From the NCBI GenBank assembly GCA_029939995.1, contig JAOZRW010000004.1:10831-74830 (forward strand): 64,000 nt of DNA, given 5' to 3'. The translations under genes were made by a program, and so were the position numbers. Shown here piece after piece: positions 1 to 10,072 of this stretch (position 1 is its first letter; each line of letters opens with the position of its first letter). The notes below the pieces were generated by a model that saw nothing but the letters and a program-made list of their open reading frames with translations, was not told the origin of the DNA and made no database searches. This stretch comes from Acidimicrobiia bacterium. Its GTDB lineage: Bacteria; Actinomycetota; Acidimicrobiia; Spongiisociales; UBA5794.

Positions 1-477
1 CCCGTGATCGGTGACGATGTCGACCGCCACCACCTCGAAGCCGAACCGGGTCCCGAGGTCGGTGAGCGTGTCGACCGTTCCCGAAGCTTTCGCGCCGAAC
101 CGAAAGTCCGCCCCGACCGCCACGAATCTGGCGTTCGCCCCATCGACGAGGTAGCGGCGCACGAACGTCTCGGGCGGCATCGTCCGCATCGACTCGTCGA
201 ACTTCAACACGGCGATCCGTTCGATGCCCGCCTCTTCGAGAAGCTCGAATCGCCGCTTGAGCGTGCTCAGCCGCGTCGGGGCTCCGTTCGGCGACAGCAG
301 CGCCGCCGGATGGGTGCTGAAGGTCATGGCGATGCGGACGAGACCGGCATCGGCCCCGGCGAGGGCATCGAGGACCCGACGGTGGCCGAGGTGCACGCCG
401 TCGAGCACGCCGAGAGCGACCGCCGACCCCTCCGGTGGCCGATCCCACGTCTCCGGGGCTCCCTGGTAGATGATCAT
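1..477 (-). CDS. ribF: Bifunctional riboflavin kinase/FMN adenylyltransferase, N-terminal part (gene runs off the left edge)
   Basis: Not in the ORF track because there is no stop in the window. Minus-strand translation from ATG 477 reads MIIYQGAPETWDRPPEGSAVALGVLDGVHLGHRRVLDAL..., a typical FAD-synthetase N-terminus (GxxDGxHxGH). ATGA overlap with the truB stop. Conserved truB-ribF order. Confidence 0.85.
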   Translation of the reverse strand, partial: MIIYQGAPETWDRPPEGSAVALGVLDGVHLGHRRVLDALAGADAGLVRIAMTFSTHPAALLSPNGAPTRLSTLKRRFELLEEAGIERIAVLKFDESMRTMPPETFVRRYLVDGANARFVAVGADFRFGAKASGTVDTLTDLGTRFGFEVVAVDIVTDHG

Positions 478-1382
478 GCCGTCACGACCTCCGCCTTGGC
501 GGACGCGCCGTCGACGCGATAGATACCGAGCAGGTCACCGCCTACGACGAGTCGAACCAACCCGCGATCGTCGATATCGTCGTCGCCGATGAGCGCCGAC
601 GAGGGAACGGCCGCACCGTTGCGAACGCCGGGCAGATAGGCGGGATCGATCTCACGGCCCGGGATGTCGGAGAGCGCCGTCGACGGGTCGATGATGACCT
701 CCGCGATCGTGCCCGCCGACGCCGCCGCGCTGATCTGATCGATCGTTCGCGCTTCGGCCACGTTGAGCGTGCCGTTCCGTATCCGTCGGAGACGCGTGAG
801 ATGCGCCCGCCCGCCGAGCGCCCCGGCCAGGTCGTCTGCGAGCGTCCGGACGTACGTTCCGGTGCTGCACACGACGTCGAACGACACCTCCGGGTACTCG
901 GACGGAGCGAAATCTGTGATCCGGAGCGAGGAGATGTGGACCGGACGCGCCTCGCGTTCGACGATCTCGCCGGCCCGGGCGAGTTCGTACAACCGCTTTC
1001 CATCCACCTTGCGTGCCGACACCATCGGAGGGACCTGCATGATCGTCCCGCGGAACCGTTCGGCGACTGGCCGGACCTCGTCGAGGGTGACGGGCATCGG
1101 CGAGCGGTCCAGGATCGCCCCGTCGGCATCCAGCGAGTCGGTGGCGACGCCGAACAGGGCCGTTGCCGCGTACTCCTTCTCGAAGCTCTGGACGAACCGG
1201 AGCAATCGCGTGCTCCGACCGAGGCCGAGGACCAACAGGCCGGTCGCCATCGGATCGAGCGTTCCGGCGTGACCGACCTTGCCGCCGACGATGCCGCGCA
1301 CCTTCGCCACGACGTCGTGGCTCGTCCAGCCCTTCTCCTTGTCGACGAGCAGGAACCCGTCTCCGACGCCCTGACGCTTCAT
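474..1382 (-). CDS. truB: tRNA pseudouridine-55 synthase
   Basis: ORF 474..1619. The conserved core starts at an internal Met (MKRQGVGDGFLLVDKEKGWTSHDVV...GHAGTLDPMATGLL). ATG 1382 makes an ATGA overlap with the nrnA stop. The 79 upstream codons are Arg/Pro-rich read-through. Confidence 0.9.
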   Translation of the reverse strand: MKRQGVGDGFLLVDKEKGWTSHDVVAKVRGIVGGKVGHAGTLDPMATGLLVLGLGRSTRLLRFVQSFEKEYAATALFGVATDSLDADGAILDRSPMPVTLDEVRPVAERFRGTIMQVPPMVSARKVDGKRLYELARAGEIVEREARPVHISSLRITDFAPSEYPEVSFDVVCSTGTYVRTLADDLAGALGGRAHLTRLRRIRNGTLNVAEARTIDQISAAASAGTIAEVIIDPSTALSDIPGREIDPAYLPGVRNGAAVPSSALIGDDDIDDRGLVRLVVGGDLLGIYRVDGASAKAEVVTA

Positions 1383-2350
1383 GCGAGCATGCCCAGGATC
1401 TTCGCGATCGTGTCGTCGCTCGAGAGGTCGGTCGTGAATCCGGCGGCGTTGCGATGGCCGCCCCCGCCGAACGCCGCCGCGATCGCTGCTACGTCGACGA
1501 CGCCGCGGGATCGGAGGCTGCCTTTGACGACGCCGGGTCGCATCTCCTTCAACAGGCACGCGACACCGGCTTCTCGAGCCAGGCGGAGGAGGTCGATGAG
1601 CGGATCGGCGGCCTCCCACGGCACGCTCCCGGCATCGAGATCATCCCGTCGGAGCACGGACCACACGAGCCCGGCGTCTGCTTCGAGCCTGGCGCGTCCG
1701 AGCACGCGAGCGACGACGGCGAAGTAGCCGAACGGCGCTTCCTCGTAGAGGACCCGGCCGATCGGTGCCGGTTCCACACCGGCTGCGAGCAGATCGGCCG
1801 CCATCCGGTGCACGGCGGGCGTCGTCGACGAGTATTGGAAGCGCCCGGTGTCGGTCACGAGCCCGACGTACAGCGCTTCGGCGATCGGCTTGGTGATCTC
1901 CCACCCCATGCGATGCAACAGTTCGAACACGAGCTGGGCGGTTGCCGCAGCGCCCGGGTCGACGAGGCGCACGTCGCCGATGGTGCCGGGGGTGACATGG
2001 TGGTCGATCACGAGGGTCCGCCGCGCGCTCTCGATGGCGGGAGCGACCGATCCGACGCGATCCAACACCCCCGTGTCGCACACGATCGCAAGATCCAGGT
2101 TCGTGGGGAACTCCGACGGCGGGACGAGCACCGACTGATCGAGGATCCGGAACTCGTCGCCGGCGACGAACGGCTCCCCGAACGAGGCGACCGCATCCTT
2201 CCCCGCGTTTCGAGCCGCGAGGGCGAGAGCGATGATCGAGCCGAGGGCGTCCCCATCTGGACGCACGTGTCCGACCAGACCGATGCGCTTCGCCCGCAAG
2301 ATCTCGCCGATCGCTTCGTTCCATGTCTCCTCACCCGGCGGCATCGTCAC
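1379..2350 (-). CDS. nrnA: DHH/DHHA1 phosphoesterase (NrnA-type oligoribonuclease/pAp phosphatase)
   Basis: Motifs GHVRPDGDALGS, VIDHH and GGGGHRNAAG. Sits between rbfA and truB as in other Actinomycetota. Confidence 0.8.
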   Translation of the reverse strand: MTMPPGEETWNEAIGEILRAKRIGLVGHVRPDGDALGSIIALALAARNAGKDAVASFGEPFVAGDEFRILDQSVLVPPSEFPTNLDLAIVCDTGVLDRVGSVAPAIESARRTLVIDHHVTPGTIGDVRLVDPGAAATAQLVFELLHRMGWEITKPIAEALYVGLVTDTGRFQYSSTTPAVHRMAADLLAAGVEPAPIGRVLYEEAPFGYFAVVARVLGRARLEADAGLVWSVLRRDDLDAGSVPWEAADPLIDLLRLAREAGVACLLKEMRPGVVKGSLRSRGVVDVAAIAAAFGGGGHRNAAGFTTDLSSDDTIAKILGMLA

Positions 2351-2705
2351 CCCCGCGCTCTTCTTCCAGTTCGTGGAGCAGGCGGTCGATCTTGAGACCT
2401 TCGCCGATCGACGGGTCGATCCGGAATTCCATCTTCGGCGTGAACTTCATCCGGATCTGCCGGCCGACGACGCCCTGGATGCGCGGTGCGGCCCGCGTCA
2501 GGGCCTCGCCGCTCTCCTCGACCTCCTCATCGGTTCCGAGCACCGAGTAGAACACGATCGCGTGTCGCAGATCGGGAGATGTGTCGACGTCGGTGATCGT
2601 GACGAATCCGAGCCCGGGATCCTTGAGATCGAGGACGGCTCCGGCGACGAGCTCCTTGAGGAGCTCGTTCACCTTGCGCATGCGCGGGCTCTCGGTACGG
2701 CTCAC
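2331..2705 (-). CDS. rbfA: Ribosome-binding factor A
   Basis: C-terminal part of ORF 2331..3116: (V)SRTESPRMRKVNELLKELVAGAVLDLKDPGLGFVTITDVDTSPDLRHAIVFYSV. GTG 2705 overlaps the DUF503 stop (GTGA). Alternative ATG at 2681. Confidence 0.85.
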   Translation of the reverse strand: MSRTESPRMRKVNELLKELVAGAVLDLKDPGLGFVTITDVDTSPDLRHAIVFYSVLGTDEEVEESGEALTRAAPRIQGVVGRQIRMKFTPKMEFRIDPSIGEGLKIDRLLHELEEERGGDDAAG

Positions 2706-2998
2706 CGGTCCTCCTCCGTGTAGATCGAGCGGGTGGCTCCGAGGACCTCGACGTCGGTGCGGCGCTCCACATCCCGCTGGACGCCGGCGAGCATGCGCTC
2801 GACCCGTCCCGCCGACGAGGACACGACCGAGACGCCGATGTCCGACCGCTGCCAGAGATCCTGGTGGTCGACCTCGGCACAGGCGACGGTGTGGGCCCTG
2901 CCGATGTCGGTGACGATGGATTTCACCACGTGTCGTTTCTCCTTGAGCGACCGCATGCCGCGAATCCGCAACTCGATCAGGAGCGCTCCGACGTACAC
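2702..2998 (-). CDS. DUF503 (YlxP-like) small protein
   Basis: 98-aa ORF with a GTG start preceded by GGAGGAGAG. Sequence type MYVGALLIELRIRGMRSLKEKRHVVKSI, in the usual slot between infB and rbfA. Confidence 0.75.
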   Translation of the reverse strand: MYVGALLIELRIRGMRSLKEKRHVVKSIVTDIGRAHTVACAEVDHQDLWQRSDIGVSVVSSSAGRVERMLAGVQRDVERRTDVEVLGATRSIYTEEDR

Positions 2999-3028
2999 GC
3001 TGTCTCTCCTCCGCCGGTGTCGGCCAGA

Positions 3029-5128
3029 TCAGGTTCTGGCGATCTCCTTGACCTCGTAGGACTCGATCGTGTCGCCTTCCTTGATGTCCTTGAAGTTCGC
3101 CAATCCGATACCGCATTCGTAACCGGTCTGGACCTGCTGCATGTCTTCCTTGAAGCGTCGCAGCGAGGCGATCCTGCCGTCGTAGACGACGACGCCGTCT
3201 CGTACCAGACGGGCTCTGGCGTTCCGGTTGATCGTTCCTTCCGTGACGTAGCAGCCGGCGACCAGGCCGTACCGGGGGGCACGGAACGTCGCCCGTACCT
3301 CGGCAACACCGAGGAACTCCTCGACCTCTTCCGGAGCGAGCTCACCGATCAGCAGCGACTCGATGTCGTCGAGCAGTTCGTAGATGATCGAGAACGTGCG
3401 GATGTCGATCCCCGCGTCCTTGGCCGCGGCGCGTGCCGATGTGTCGGGGCGGGCGTTGAACCCGTAGATCACAGCGTCGGAAGCTTCGGCGAGCATCACG
3501 TCGTTCGAGGTGATGCCGCCGACGGCGCCGTGCACGATCACGACGGAGGCGTCTTCCCTGGAGATCTTCCCGATCGCTTCGCGGATCGCCTCGAGCGATC
3601 CGTGAGCGTCTGCTTTCACGATGACGCGCAACTCGGCATGATCGGCGGTCCGGAGCGATTCGAGCAGCTGGGTGAGCCGCTCGGTCGCGTTGGGGACGGT
3701 CAGCTCCTCAGCGCGGCGTTTCGCAACCTGCTCCTCGGCCATCTTCCTGGCTGTTCGCTCGTTCTTGACGACCTGGAACATGTCGCCGGCGAGCGGCACC
3801 TCGCTCCATCCGGAGACGAGTGCGGGCGTGCTGGGGCCTGCGCTCTTGATCTGATTCCCGTGCTCGTCGAACATCGCTCTGACACGGCCGGAGACGGTGC
3901 CGCACACCATGGCGTCCCCTCTCTTCAGTGTCCCGCGCTGGACGATCACCGTTGCGAGGGGGCCGCGCCCGACCTCGAGTTGCGCCTCGACGATGGTTCC
4001 GACGGCGGGAGCGTTCGGGTTGGCGGCGAGCTCTTCGACTTCCGCCACGAGAGCCACGATCTCGAGCAGATCTTCGATCCCCGTCCCCTTGAGCGCTGAC
4101 ACCTCCACGGCCGGCACGTCGCCGCCCAGGTCCTCGACGACGATGCCGTGCTGGGTGAGAGCTCCTCGCACCGCGTACGCATCCGCCGTCTCGAGGTCCA
4201 TCTTGTTGATGGCGACCACGATCGGCACGTCGGCTGCTTTCGCATGGTTGATCGCTTCGACGGTTTGAGGCATCACGCCGTCGTTGGCCGCCACGACGAG
4301 GATGACGATGTCGGTGACCTCGGCTCCTCTGGCGCGCAGCGCGGTGAATGCTTCGTGACCCGGTGTGTCGATGAAGGTGATGAGGTTGCCGCCCGCTTCG
4401 ACCTGATAGGCGCCGATGTGCTGCGTGATTCCACCGGCCTCGCCTGCGACGACGTTCGTGGATCGAATCGTGTCGAGAAGCTGTGTCTTCCCGTGGTCGA
4501 CGTGGCCCATCACAGTGACGACTGCGGGACGGGGCTTGAGGCTCGCGGGATCGTCTTCGTACTCGACGACGAAATGGTCGGGTCCTTTGTCTTCCTCCGG
4601 GGCTTCGTCGCTTTCGGATACGAGCAGCTCGTATCCGAACTTGCGGCCGAGCGGCTCGATGGCGTCGACGGGAATCGTCCCGCCCGCCGGGACCATCTCC
4701 CCCATCTCCATCAACGCCTGGACGATGAGGACCGTCCGGACCTTGATCATCCGCGCGAGCTCGTGCGTGGTGAGACCGGGCTCGACGAGCAGCATGCTGC
4801 TCTCCTGTGCTTCCGAGTCGGACTCCGGCGCCGGCTCCGACTCCGGCTCGACCTCGAGTTCTCCCTCGGCCTCGACCTCGGGAGCGGCATCGGGTTCCGG
4901 CTCGGCCACCGCTTCGGCCGGGGCCTCTGCCGTGTCCGTTCCCCCGGGGCCGGGCGACGCGTCGCCGGTCCCCTCTTCGTACGACATCTTCACCAGAGCG
5001 ACGGCATCCTCGTCAAGACCGGACGACGCCGTCTTCACCTCGATGCCGAGTTCCCTGGCGCGCTCCAACACGTCCTTGGACTCGAAGCCCAGTTCGCGTG
5101 CGAGTTCGTAAACGCGTTGTTTCGCCAC
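3029..5128 (-). CDS. infB: Translation initiation factor IF-2
   Basis: 699 aa. N-terminus [22 protein letters not shown]-domain [17 protein letters not shown] / DTPGHEAF / NKMD. Confidence 0.97.
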   Translation of the reverse strand: MAKQRVYELARELGFESKDVLERARELGIEVKTASSGLDEDAVALVKMSYEEGTGDASPGPGGTDTAEAPAEAVAEPEPDAAPEVEAEGELEVEPESEPAPESDSEAQESSMLLVEPGLTTHELARMIKVRTVLIVQALMEMGEMVPAGGTIPVDAIEPLGRKFGYELLVSESDEAPEEDKGPDHFVVEYEDDPASLKPRPAVVTVMGHVDHGKTQLLDTIRSTNVVAGEAGGITQHIGAYQVEAGGNLITFIDTPGHEAFTALRARGAEVTDIVILVVAANDGVMPQTVEAINHAKAADVPIVVAINKMDLETADAYAVRGALTQHGIVVEDLGGDVPAVEVSALKGTGIEDLLEIVALVAEVEELAANPNAPAVGTIVEAQLEVGRGPLATVIVQRGTLKRGDAMVCGTVSGRVRAMFDEHGNQIKSAGPSTPALVSGWSEVPLAGDMFQVVKNERTARKMAEEQVAKRRAEELTVPNATERLTQLLESLRTADHAELRVIVKADAHGSLEAIREAIGKISREDASVVIVHGAVGGITSNDVMLAEASDAVIYGFNARPDTSARAAAKDAGIDIRTFSIIYELLDDIESLLIGELAPEEVEEFLGVAEVRATFRAPRYGLVAGCYVTEGTINRNARARLVRDGVVVYDGRIASLRRFKEDMQQVQTGYECGIGLANFKDIKEGDTIESYEVKEIART

Positions 5129-6289
5129 TCAGTTCTCCTCGTTCTCTTCCCCGTCGGCGGCACCTTCATCCTCGGTCCCGTCCGGCGGCTGCTCCGTCCC
5201 GGCGGCGGCCTCGGCGTCGTCCGCCACGTCGGCCGGTTCCGGCTCCGTCGCTTCAACGACGTCCTCCACCTCGGCGACCTCGACCGCTGCCTCCTCTTCC
5301 GCTTCGTCCTCGAGATCGAGACCGAGATCCTGGCTCTCGGAACGGATGTCGATCCGGTACCCGGAGAGCCGGGCGGCGAGACGGGCGTTCTGGCCCTCTT
5401 TGCCGATCGCGAGCGACAGTTGGTGATCGGGAACGACGACTTCAGCCGTCCGCTCATCCTCGTCGAGGCGTACTTCCTTGACACGGGCCGGGCTCAGCGC
5501 CTCAGCGATGAACCCCGCTGTGTCGTCGCGCCACTCGACGATATCGACCTTCTCTCCTCGCAGTTCGTTCACGACCTGCCGGACGCGGGAGCCTCTCGCC
5601 CCGACGCATGCGCCGACGGGGTCGACGTTCGGATCGTTCGATGCGACGGCGATCTTCGTCCGGTGCCCCGGCTCCCGGGCGATCGCCCGGATCTCGATGT
5701 CGCCGTCGATAAGTTCGGGAACCTCGAGCTCGAAGAGCGACCGGATGAACTCCGGATGGCTGCGCGAGACGACGATCTGCGGGCCCTTCCCCTCGCCCCG
5801 GACCTCGAGGATGTAGGCCTTGACGCGGTTCCCGCGCTCGAGACGCTCGTAGGGAATCCGCTCCGACGACGGCATGATCGCTTCGGCATCCCCGAGGTCG
5901 AGAATGGCGTACCGGTGGTCGGACTGCTGCACGATGCCGGTGATGAGATCACCCTCGCGCCCTTCGTAGATGTCGTAGACCTGTTCGCGTTTCGCGTCGC
6001 GCAGGCGCTGCATGATGACCTGTTTGGCGGTCTGCGCCGCGATGCGACCGAAGTCCTCCGGCGTGTCCGCCCACTCTTCGACGACGTTGCCGTCCTCGTC
6101 GAGTTCCTGTCCGTAGACGAGGATCTCACCGGTGTCCGGATCGATCGTGACACGCGCCTCTTCGGCCGCCCCGGGCGTCCGCTTGTAGGCGGAAACGAGC
6201 GCGTTCGCGAGCGCGTCGAGGATCGTGTCCGCCGGGACGCCCTTCTCGCGCTCGAGGAGCTCCAACGCGTCCAACAAGTTGTAGTCCAT
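5129..6289 (-). CDS. nusA: Transcription termination/antitermination factor NusA
   Basis: 386 aa with S1 and KH domains (LLELEREKGV..., GACVGARGSRVRQVVNELRGEKVDIV) and an acidic C-terminal tail. The stop directly abuts the infB GTG. Confidence 0.95.
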   Translation of the reverse strand: MDYNLLDALELLEREKGVPADTILDALANALVSAYKRTPGAAEEARVTIDPDTGEILVYGQELDEDGNVVEEWADTPEDFGRIAAQTAKQVIMQRLRDAKREQVYDIYEGREGDLITGIVQQSDHRYAILDLGDAEAIMPSSERIPYERLERGNRVKAYILEVRGEGKGPQIVVSRSHPEFIRSLFELEVPELIDGDIEIRAIAREPGHRTKIAVASNDPNVDPVGACVGARGSRVRQVVNELRGEKVDIVEWRDDTAGFIAEALSPARVKEVRLDEDERTAEVVVPDHQLSLAIGKEGQNARLAARLSGYRIDIRSESQDLGLDLEDEAEEEAAVEVAEVEDVVEATEPEPADVADDAEAAAGTEQPPDGTEDEGAADGEENEEN

Positions 6290-6301
6290 CGTTGCCTCTC
6301 C

Positions 6302-6790
6302 CTATGCCTTCTTGGCTTTCTTGCCAGGCTTCTCGCCCTTCTTCCACACGAACACGGTGCGTGCCGATGAGATCTCGGACATCTCGATCCGTCGATCTGC
6401 TCCGTCGATCGTCACGACGATCCCGTCGTCGTCGACGCCGGTCAGCGTTCCCCGGTGATGCTTGTCGCCGGAGATCGGCCCGAACGTCTTGACGTGGACC
6501 TCGCTCCCGGTCGCCTTCCGAAACTGTTCCGCTCTCCGGAGCTTCCGTTCGAGCCCGGGTGAGGTCACTTCGAGCGTGTACGACCCAGCGAACGGGTCAT
6601 CGTTGTCGATGAGCCGTGCGATCCCTCTCGAGAGATCTGCGATGCGGTCGAGTTCGAGGGGACCATCCGCCTCGACGACGACGCGCAGCAGCTTGCCACC
6701 TCCGAGGATCTCGACATCGTCGAGTTCGACACCCTCAGCGGCGACGTACGGGCCTACGAGGCCCCAGATATGCTCGGCGACATCCGCCAC
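6302..6790 (-). CDS. rimP: Ribosome maturation factor RimP
   Basis: 162 aa with YTLEVTSPGLERKLRRAEQF. GTG start preceded by GAGGAG. Lies upstream of nusA. Confidence 0.9.
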   Translation of the reverse strand: MADVAEHIWGLVGPYVAAEGVELDDVEILGGGKLLRVVVEADGPLELDRIADLSRGIARLIDNDDPFAGSYTLEVTSPGLERKLRRAEQFRKATGSEVHVKTFGPISGDKHHRGTLTGVDDDGIVVTIDGADRRIEMSEISSARTVFVWKKGEKPGKKAKKA

Positions 6791-6870
6791 GTTCGATGCT
6801 CCTCAATGCGCACATCACACAGCGAGGCGGGCCAGGCCCACCTCGACGCGTACAACCGGTTTCGCGCACG

Positions 6871-6876
6871 AGTATA
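6871..6876 (-). promoter_or_regulatory. Possible -10 box (TATACT on minus strand) for the rimP-nusA-infB operon
   Basis: TATACT lies about 80 nt upstream of the rimP GTG in the 150-nt gap after proS. No convincing -35. A CCGCCG-GTGA-CGGCGG hairpin (6885..6900) lies just upstream. Confidence 0.3.
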
Positions 6877-6939
6877 GACACCCGCCGCCGTCACCGGCGG
6901 AGGAATGCCCGCAGCGATCGGCCGACGGCGCCGCCGCGA

Positions 6940-8649
6940 CTACCGGTTCTCGGCCACCAGCCGGGCGACCTCTTCGACGACGGTGCCGATAGGAAGCTCC
7001 GTCCGCTCGCCGGTGCGCCGCACGGAGAGCTCGACGTTGCCGGTTGCCAGGCCGCGCGGCCCGACGGTGAGCCGGTACGGGATGCCGATCAGCTCCGCAT
7101 CGTTGAACTTCACCCCCGGTCGCTCGGTCCGGTCGTCGATCAGCACATCCACGCCGGCCTCCCCGAGCCTTTCGTAGATCCGGTCTGCCGCGGCAACCGT
7201 GTCATCGTCGTTCATCTTCACGACGGTCACGACGACCTCGTACGGTGCGACCGACACCGGCCAGACGATCCCTCGTTCGTCGTGGTTCATCTCGACGACC
7301 GCCGCCATGTTCCGTTCGACGCCGATCCCGTACGATCCCATCACGAGCGGAACCGATTCACCGTCGGCGTCGAGAACCGTTGCCCCGAGCGCTTCGGAGA
7401 ACTTCGTCCCCAGCTTGAAGATGTGCCCGGCTTCGATTCCGCGGAAGACTTCGAGCGGTTCGCCGCATTCGGGGCAACCCTCTCCCGCGACGACGGTGCG
7501 AAGATCCATCCACTCGGTGACGGCGATGTCCCTGGCGACATCGACCCCCCGGAGATGGTGATCGTCGAGGTTCGCTCCGGTGACCATGTTCGTTCGTTCC
7601 GCGAGTTGGAGATCGGCGAAGATCCGCGGCCCGGAGACGCCGACCGCTCCGAGACTGCCGGCACCCGCTCCGAGCAGTTCGCGGATCTCTTCAGGGTGGG
7701 CGGGCCGGACCTCGACCGCTCCGGATGCGTCCTGGAGCTTCTGCTCCTGAAGCTCGTGGTCGCCGCGGAGCAGCACCATCGTCGCCTCTCCGTCGAGCAC
7801 GTAGACGAGGGTCTTGATCTGTCGATCGGCCGCCGCTCCCCCTTCGAACTCGACGAGGTCTGCGATGGTCCGCACTCCCGGCGTCGGGAACCGTTCCGGT
7901 TGATCGGGTCCCGGATCGTCCTCGACCGCGGGGATCGCCGAGGTCGCGCGTTCCACGTTCGCGGCGTAGTCGCACGCGGGACAGTGCACGACGTCGTCCT
8001 CACCGGCCGGGGACGGAACCATGAACTCGACCGAGTCGGATCCGCCCATGGACCCGGACGACGCTTCGACGGGGACGGCGGTGACGCCGAGACGCGCGAA
8101 GATCCGCGTGTACGCGGCGAAGTGCCGGTCGAACTGCAGGTCGAGGCCTGCGGTGTCGATGTCGAAGCTGTACGAGTCCTTCATCGTGAACTCGCGGACG
8201 CGCAGGAGACCGGCTTTCGGGCGGGGCTCGTCGCGGAACTTCGTCTGGATCTGATACCAGAGTTGCGGAACCTGCTTGTACGACGTGAGTTCGGTCGCGA
8301 TGGTCGTGAAGATCTCCTCATGGGTGGGCCCGAGCACCGCTGCGCCGCCGCGGAGATCGTTCAGCGTGAACAGGATGTCGGCCATCGCCTCGGTGCGGCC
8401 GGTCCGTTCCCAGATCTCTCTCGGATGCAGCGCCGGCAGGAGCAGTTCCTGCCCACCGATCGCGTCGATCTCTTCGCGGATGATGGCCATCACCTTGCTT
8501 CGCACACGATGCCCGATGGGGAGCAGCGAGTAGACGCCGGACATGAGCTGTCGGACGTAGCCGCCCCGGACGAGCAGGCGATGGCTCGCCGCCTCGGCGT
8601 CGGCCGGGTCGTCTCGGAGGGTGGGGATGAACGCGTGTGACCAACGCAC
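6940..8649 (-). CDS. proS: Prolyl-tRNA synthetase (bacterial type with editing insertion)
   Basis: 569 aa: MRWSHAFIPTLRDDPADAEAASHRLLVRGGYVRQ..., class II motifs, C-terminal anticodon-binding domain. Confidence 0.95.
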   Translation of the reverse strand: MRWSHAFIPTLRDDPADAEAASHRLLVRGGYVRQLMSGVYSLLPIGHRVRSKVMAIIREEIDAIGGQELLLPALHPREIWERTGRTEAMADILFTLNDLRGGAAVLGPTHEEIFTTIATELTSYKQVPQLWYQIQTKFRDEPRPKAGLLRVREFTMKDSYSFDIDTAGLDLQFDRHFAAYTRIFARLGVTAVPVEASSGSMGGSDSVEFMVPSPAGEDDVVHCPACDYAANVERATSAIPAVEDDPGPDQPERFPTPGVRTIADLVEFEGGAAADRQIKTLVYVLDGEATMVLLRGDHELQEQKLQDASGAVEVRPAHPEEIRELLGAGAGSLGAVGVSGPRIFADLQLAERTNMVTGANLDDHHLRGVDVARDIAVTEWMDLRTVVAGEGCPECGEPLEVFRGIEAGHIFKLGTKFSEALGATVLDADGESVPLVMGSYGIGVERNMAAVVEMNHDERGIVWPVSVAPYEVVVTVVKMNDDDTVAAADRIYERLGEAGVDVLIDDRTERPGVKFNDAELIGIPYRLTVGPRGLATGNVELSVRRTGERTELPIGTVVEEVARLVAENR

Positions 8650-8701
8650 GAACTGACTCCAGTGGTATCGGGGCGTCCGAGGATAGCGACGGCCGCCGCT
8701 C

Positions 8702-10072
8702 TCAGTCGATCGTCAGGCGATAGGCCCCGGGGCCGGTCGATCCGCTGTCGGCGACGATGACGAAGAACGATCCCGTTCGACGCGCCGTGAACACGATCCT
8801 GGGGTCCGTTCCGAACAGCCCGCCGCCGGAATCGTCGTCGACCGCCTGAACGTATCCGTCGCCTTCGGGCCCGTCGATCATGAGCACCGGATCGAACGCG
8901 ATGGCGTCGACGTCGACCGTCAGCGATTGCCCCTTCCCGAGATCGACGCGGTACCAGTCGAAATCGCCCGGGTAGTCGATGTTGCCGGAGATCGTGGATT
9001 CGCGTTCGAGCACGCGCCCGTCGTCGGGGTCGTCCCACTCGACGAGATCGACGGAGGATCGCAGCCGTACGTCGCCGGTGCCGCCGAGGCTCTCGAGACG
9101 CAGCACGTACTGTCCGCGGAAGGTCACCAACTCGTCGATCTTCTCGTCGCCTCCGGTCGTGTCGTCGGCGGTGACTATCTCGAGTCCATCGATCGTGTTC
9201 AGTGTCAGCGACACATCGGCGTCGGATGATGCGGTGAAGGTCACGTTCGAGTACAGCGTCGCGTCGAACACGAAGACGAAGTCCTGCCAGACGTTCTGGA
9301 AGGTCGACGAGAACCGGTCGTTCCCGCGCCCGGTCGGGGGCAGCCGGTCCCCGAGGGCGGCGATGTCTTCCCCTGCCCTCATGCGGTCGATCTTGTCCGC
9401 GGCGTCGTCGAGCGATCCGGACAGGCCGAACTCCTCGAGGAAGCTGAAGTTCGTGATCCCGACGACGGTTCCGGTCTCGTCGACCAGCGCCCCGCCGCTC
9501 TGTCCGCCCACCACGGTGGTGTCGGACTGGAGGAACGTCCACCCTTCACCCTCCCATTCACGCGTCCGGGAGAGGATCCCTTCGGTGATCGTCGGTTGCG
9601 GGAACGATTCCGTCTCCCCCGGGTAGCCGATGAGGTACACCGGCCTGCCGAGAGGGATTCCCTCGCCGTCACCGATCGTGACCGGCGGTGGAAGATCGGA
9701 GAGGCCGGATACGTCCACGAGTGCCAGGTCCCCGAACGGGTCGAGGCCGACGACCGGCGCCCCGTCGAGTTCGGATCCGTTGGGGAACACGACGCGAACG
9801 GAGCGATAGGGCCACACGACGTGGGCCGCGGTGAGGATCGTCCCGTCGTCGATGAGGATGCCGCTTCCTCCGGATATGTCCGTATCGATCGATGCGATCG
9901 CCGGCGAGACGCGCGCGTAGATCTCCTCGGCCGTCGTCCGCTGCGCGGGGACCGTGGACGATGTCGCGTCGGATGAAGCTTCAGTGCTCGTCGACGGCGA
10001 GCCCCCGCTCGTGCAGGCGGCGGCGATGAGGGCTGTTGCGAGCATCGCCGCAAAGATCCGGATGCGGCTCAT
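8702..10072 (-). CDS. Secreted lipoprotein, trypsin-like serine protease with C-terminal pre-peptidase (PPC-like) domain
   Basis: Signal peptide plus lipobox MLATALIAAAC|TSGG. His motif TAAHVV, Ser motif GGQSGGALV. C-terminal GDFDWYRVDLGKGQSLTVDVDA beta-sandwich pattern. ATGA overlap with the ispG stop. Confidence 0.75.
   Translation of the reverse strand: MSRIRIFAAMLATALIAAACTSGGSPSTSTEASSDATSSTVPAQRTTAEEIYARVSPAIASIDTDISGGSGILIDDGTILTAAHVVWPYRSVRVVFPNGSELDGAPVVGLDPFGDLALVDVSGLSDLPPPVTIGDGEGIPLGRPVYLIGYPGETESFPQPTITEGILSRTREWEGEGWTFLQSDTTVVGGQSGGALVDETGTVVGITNFSFLEEFGLSGSLDDAADKIDRMRAGEDIAALGDRLPPTGRGNDRFSSTFQNVWQDFVFVFDATLYSNVTFTASSDADVSLTLNTIDGLEIVTADDTTGGDEKIDELVTFRGQYVLRLESLGGTGDVRLRSSVDLVEWDDPDDGRVLERESTISGNIDYPGDFDWYRVDLGKGQSLTVDVDAIAFDPVLMIDGPEGDGYVQAVDDDSGGGLFGTDPRIVFTARRTGSFFVIVADSGSTGPGAYRLTID

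Noticed and set aside
5126-5131. Possible missing or frameshifted ylxR between nusA and infB
   Set aside because: The nusA stop and infB GTG are directly adjacent, with no spare sequence. The gene is simply absent here and is not a pseudogene.
4148-6370. 740-aa plus-strand ORF (and nested plus-strand ORFs 4416..5111, 4807..5481)
   Set aside because: It is entirely antisense to infB and nusA, which have unmistakable homology. The composition is Arg/Gly/Asp/Leu-rich with no recognisable motifs. This is a typical GC-bias shadow ORF.
6616-8640. 674-aa plus-strand ORF
   Set aside because: Antisense to proS. Arg/Pro/Asp-rich with no domain signatures.
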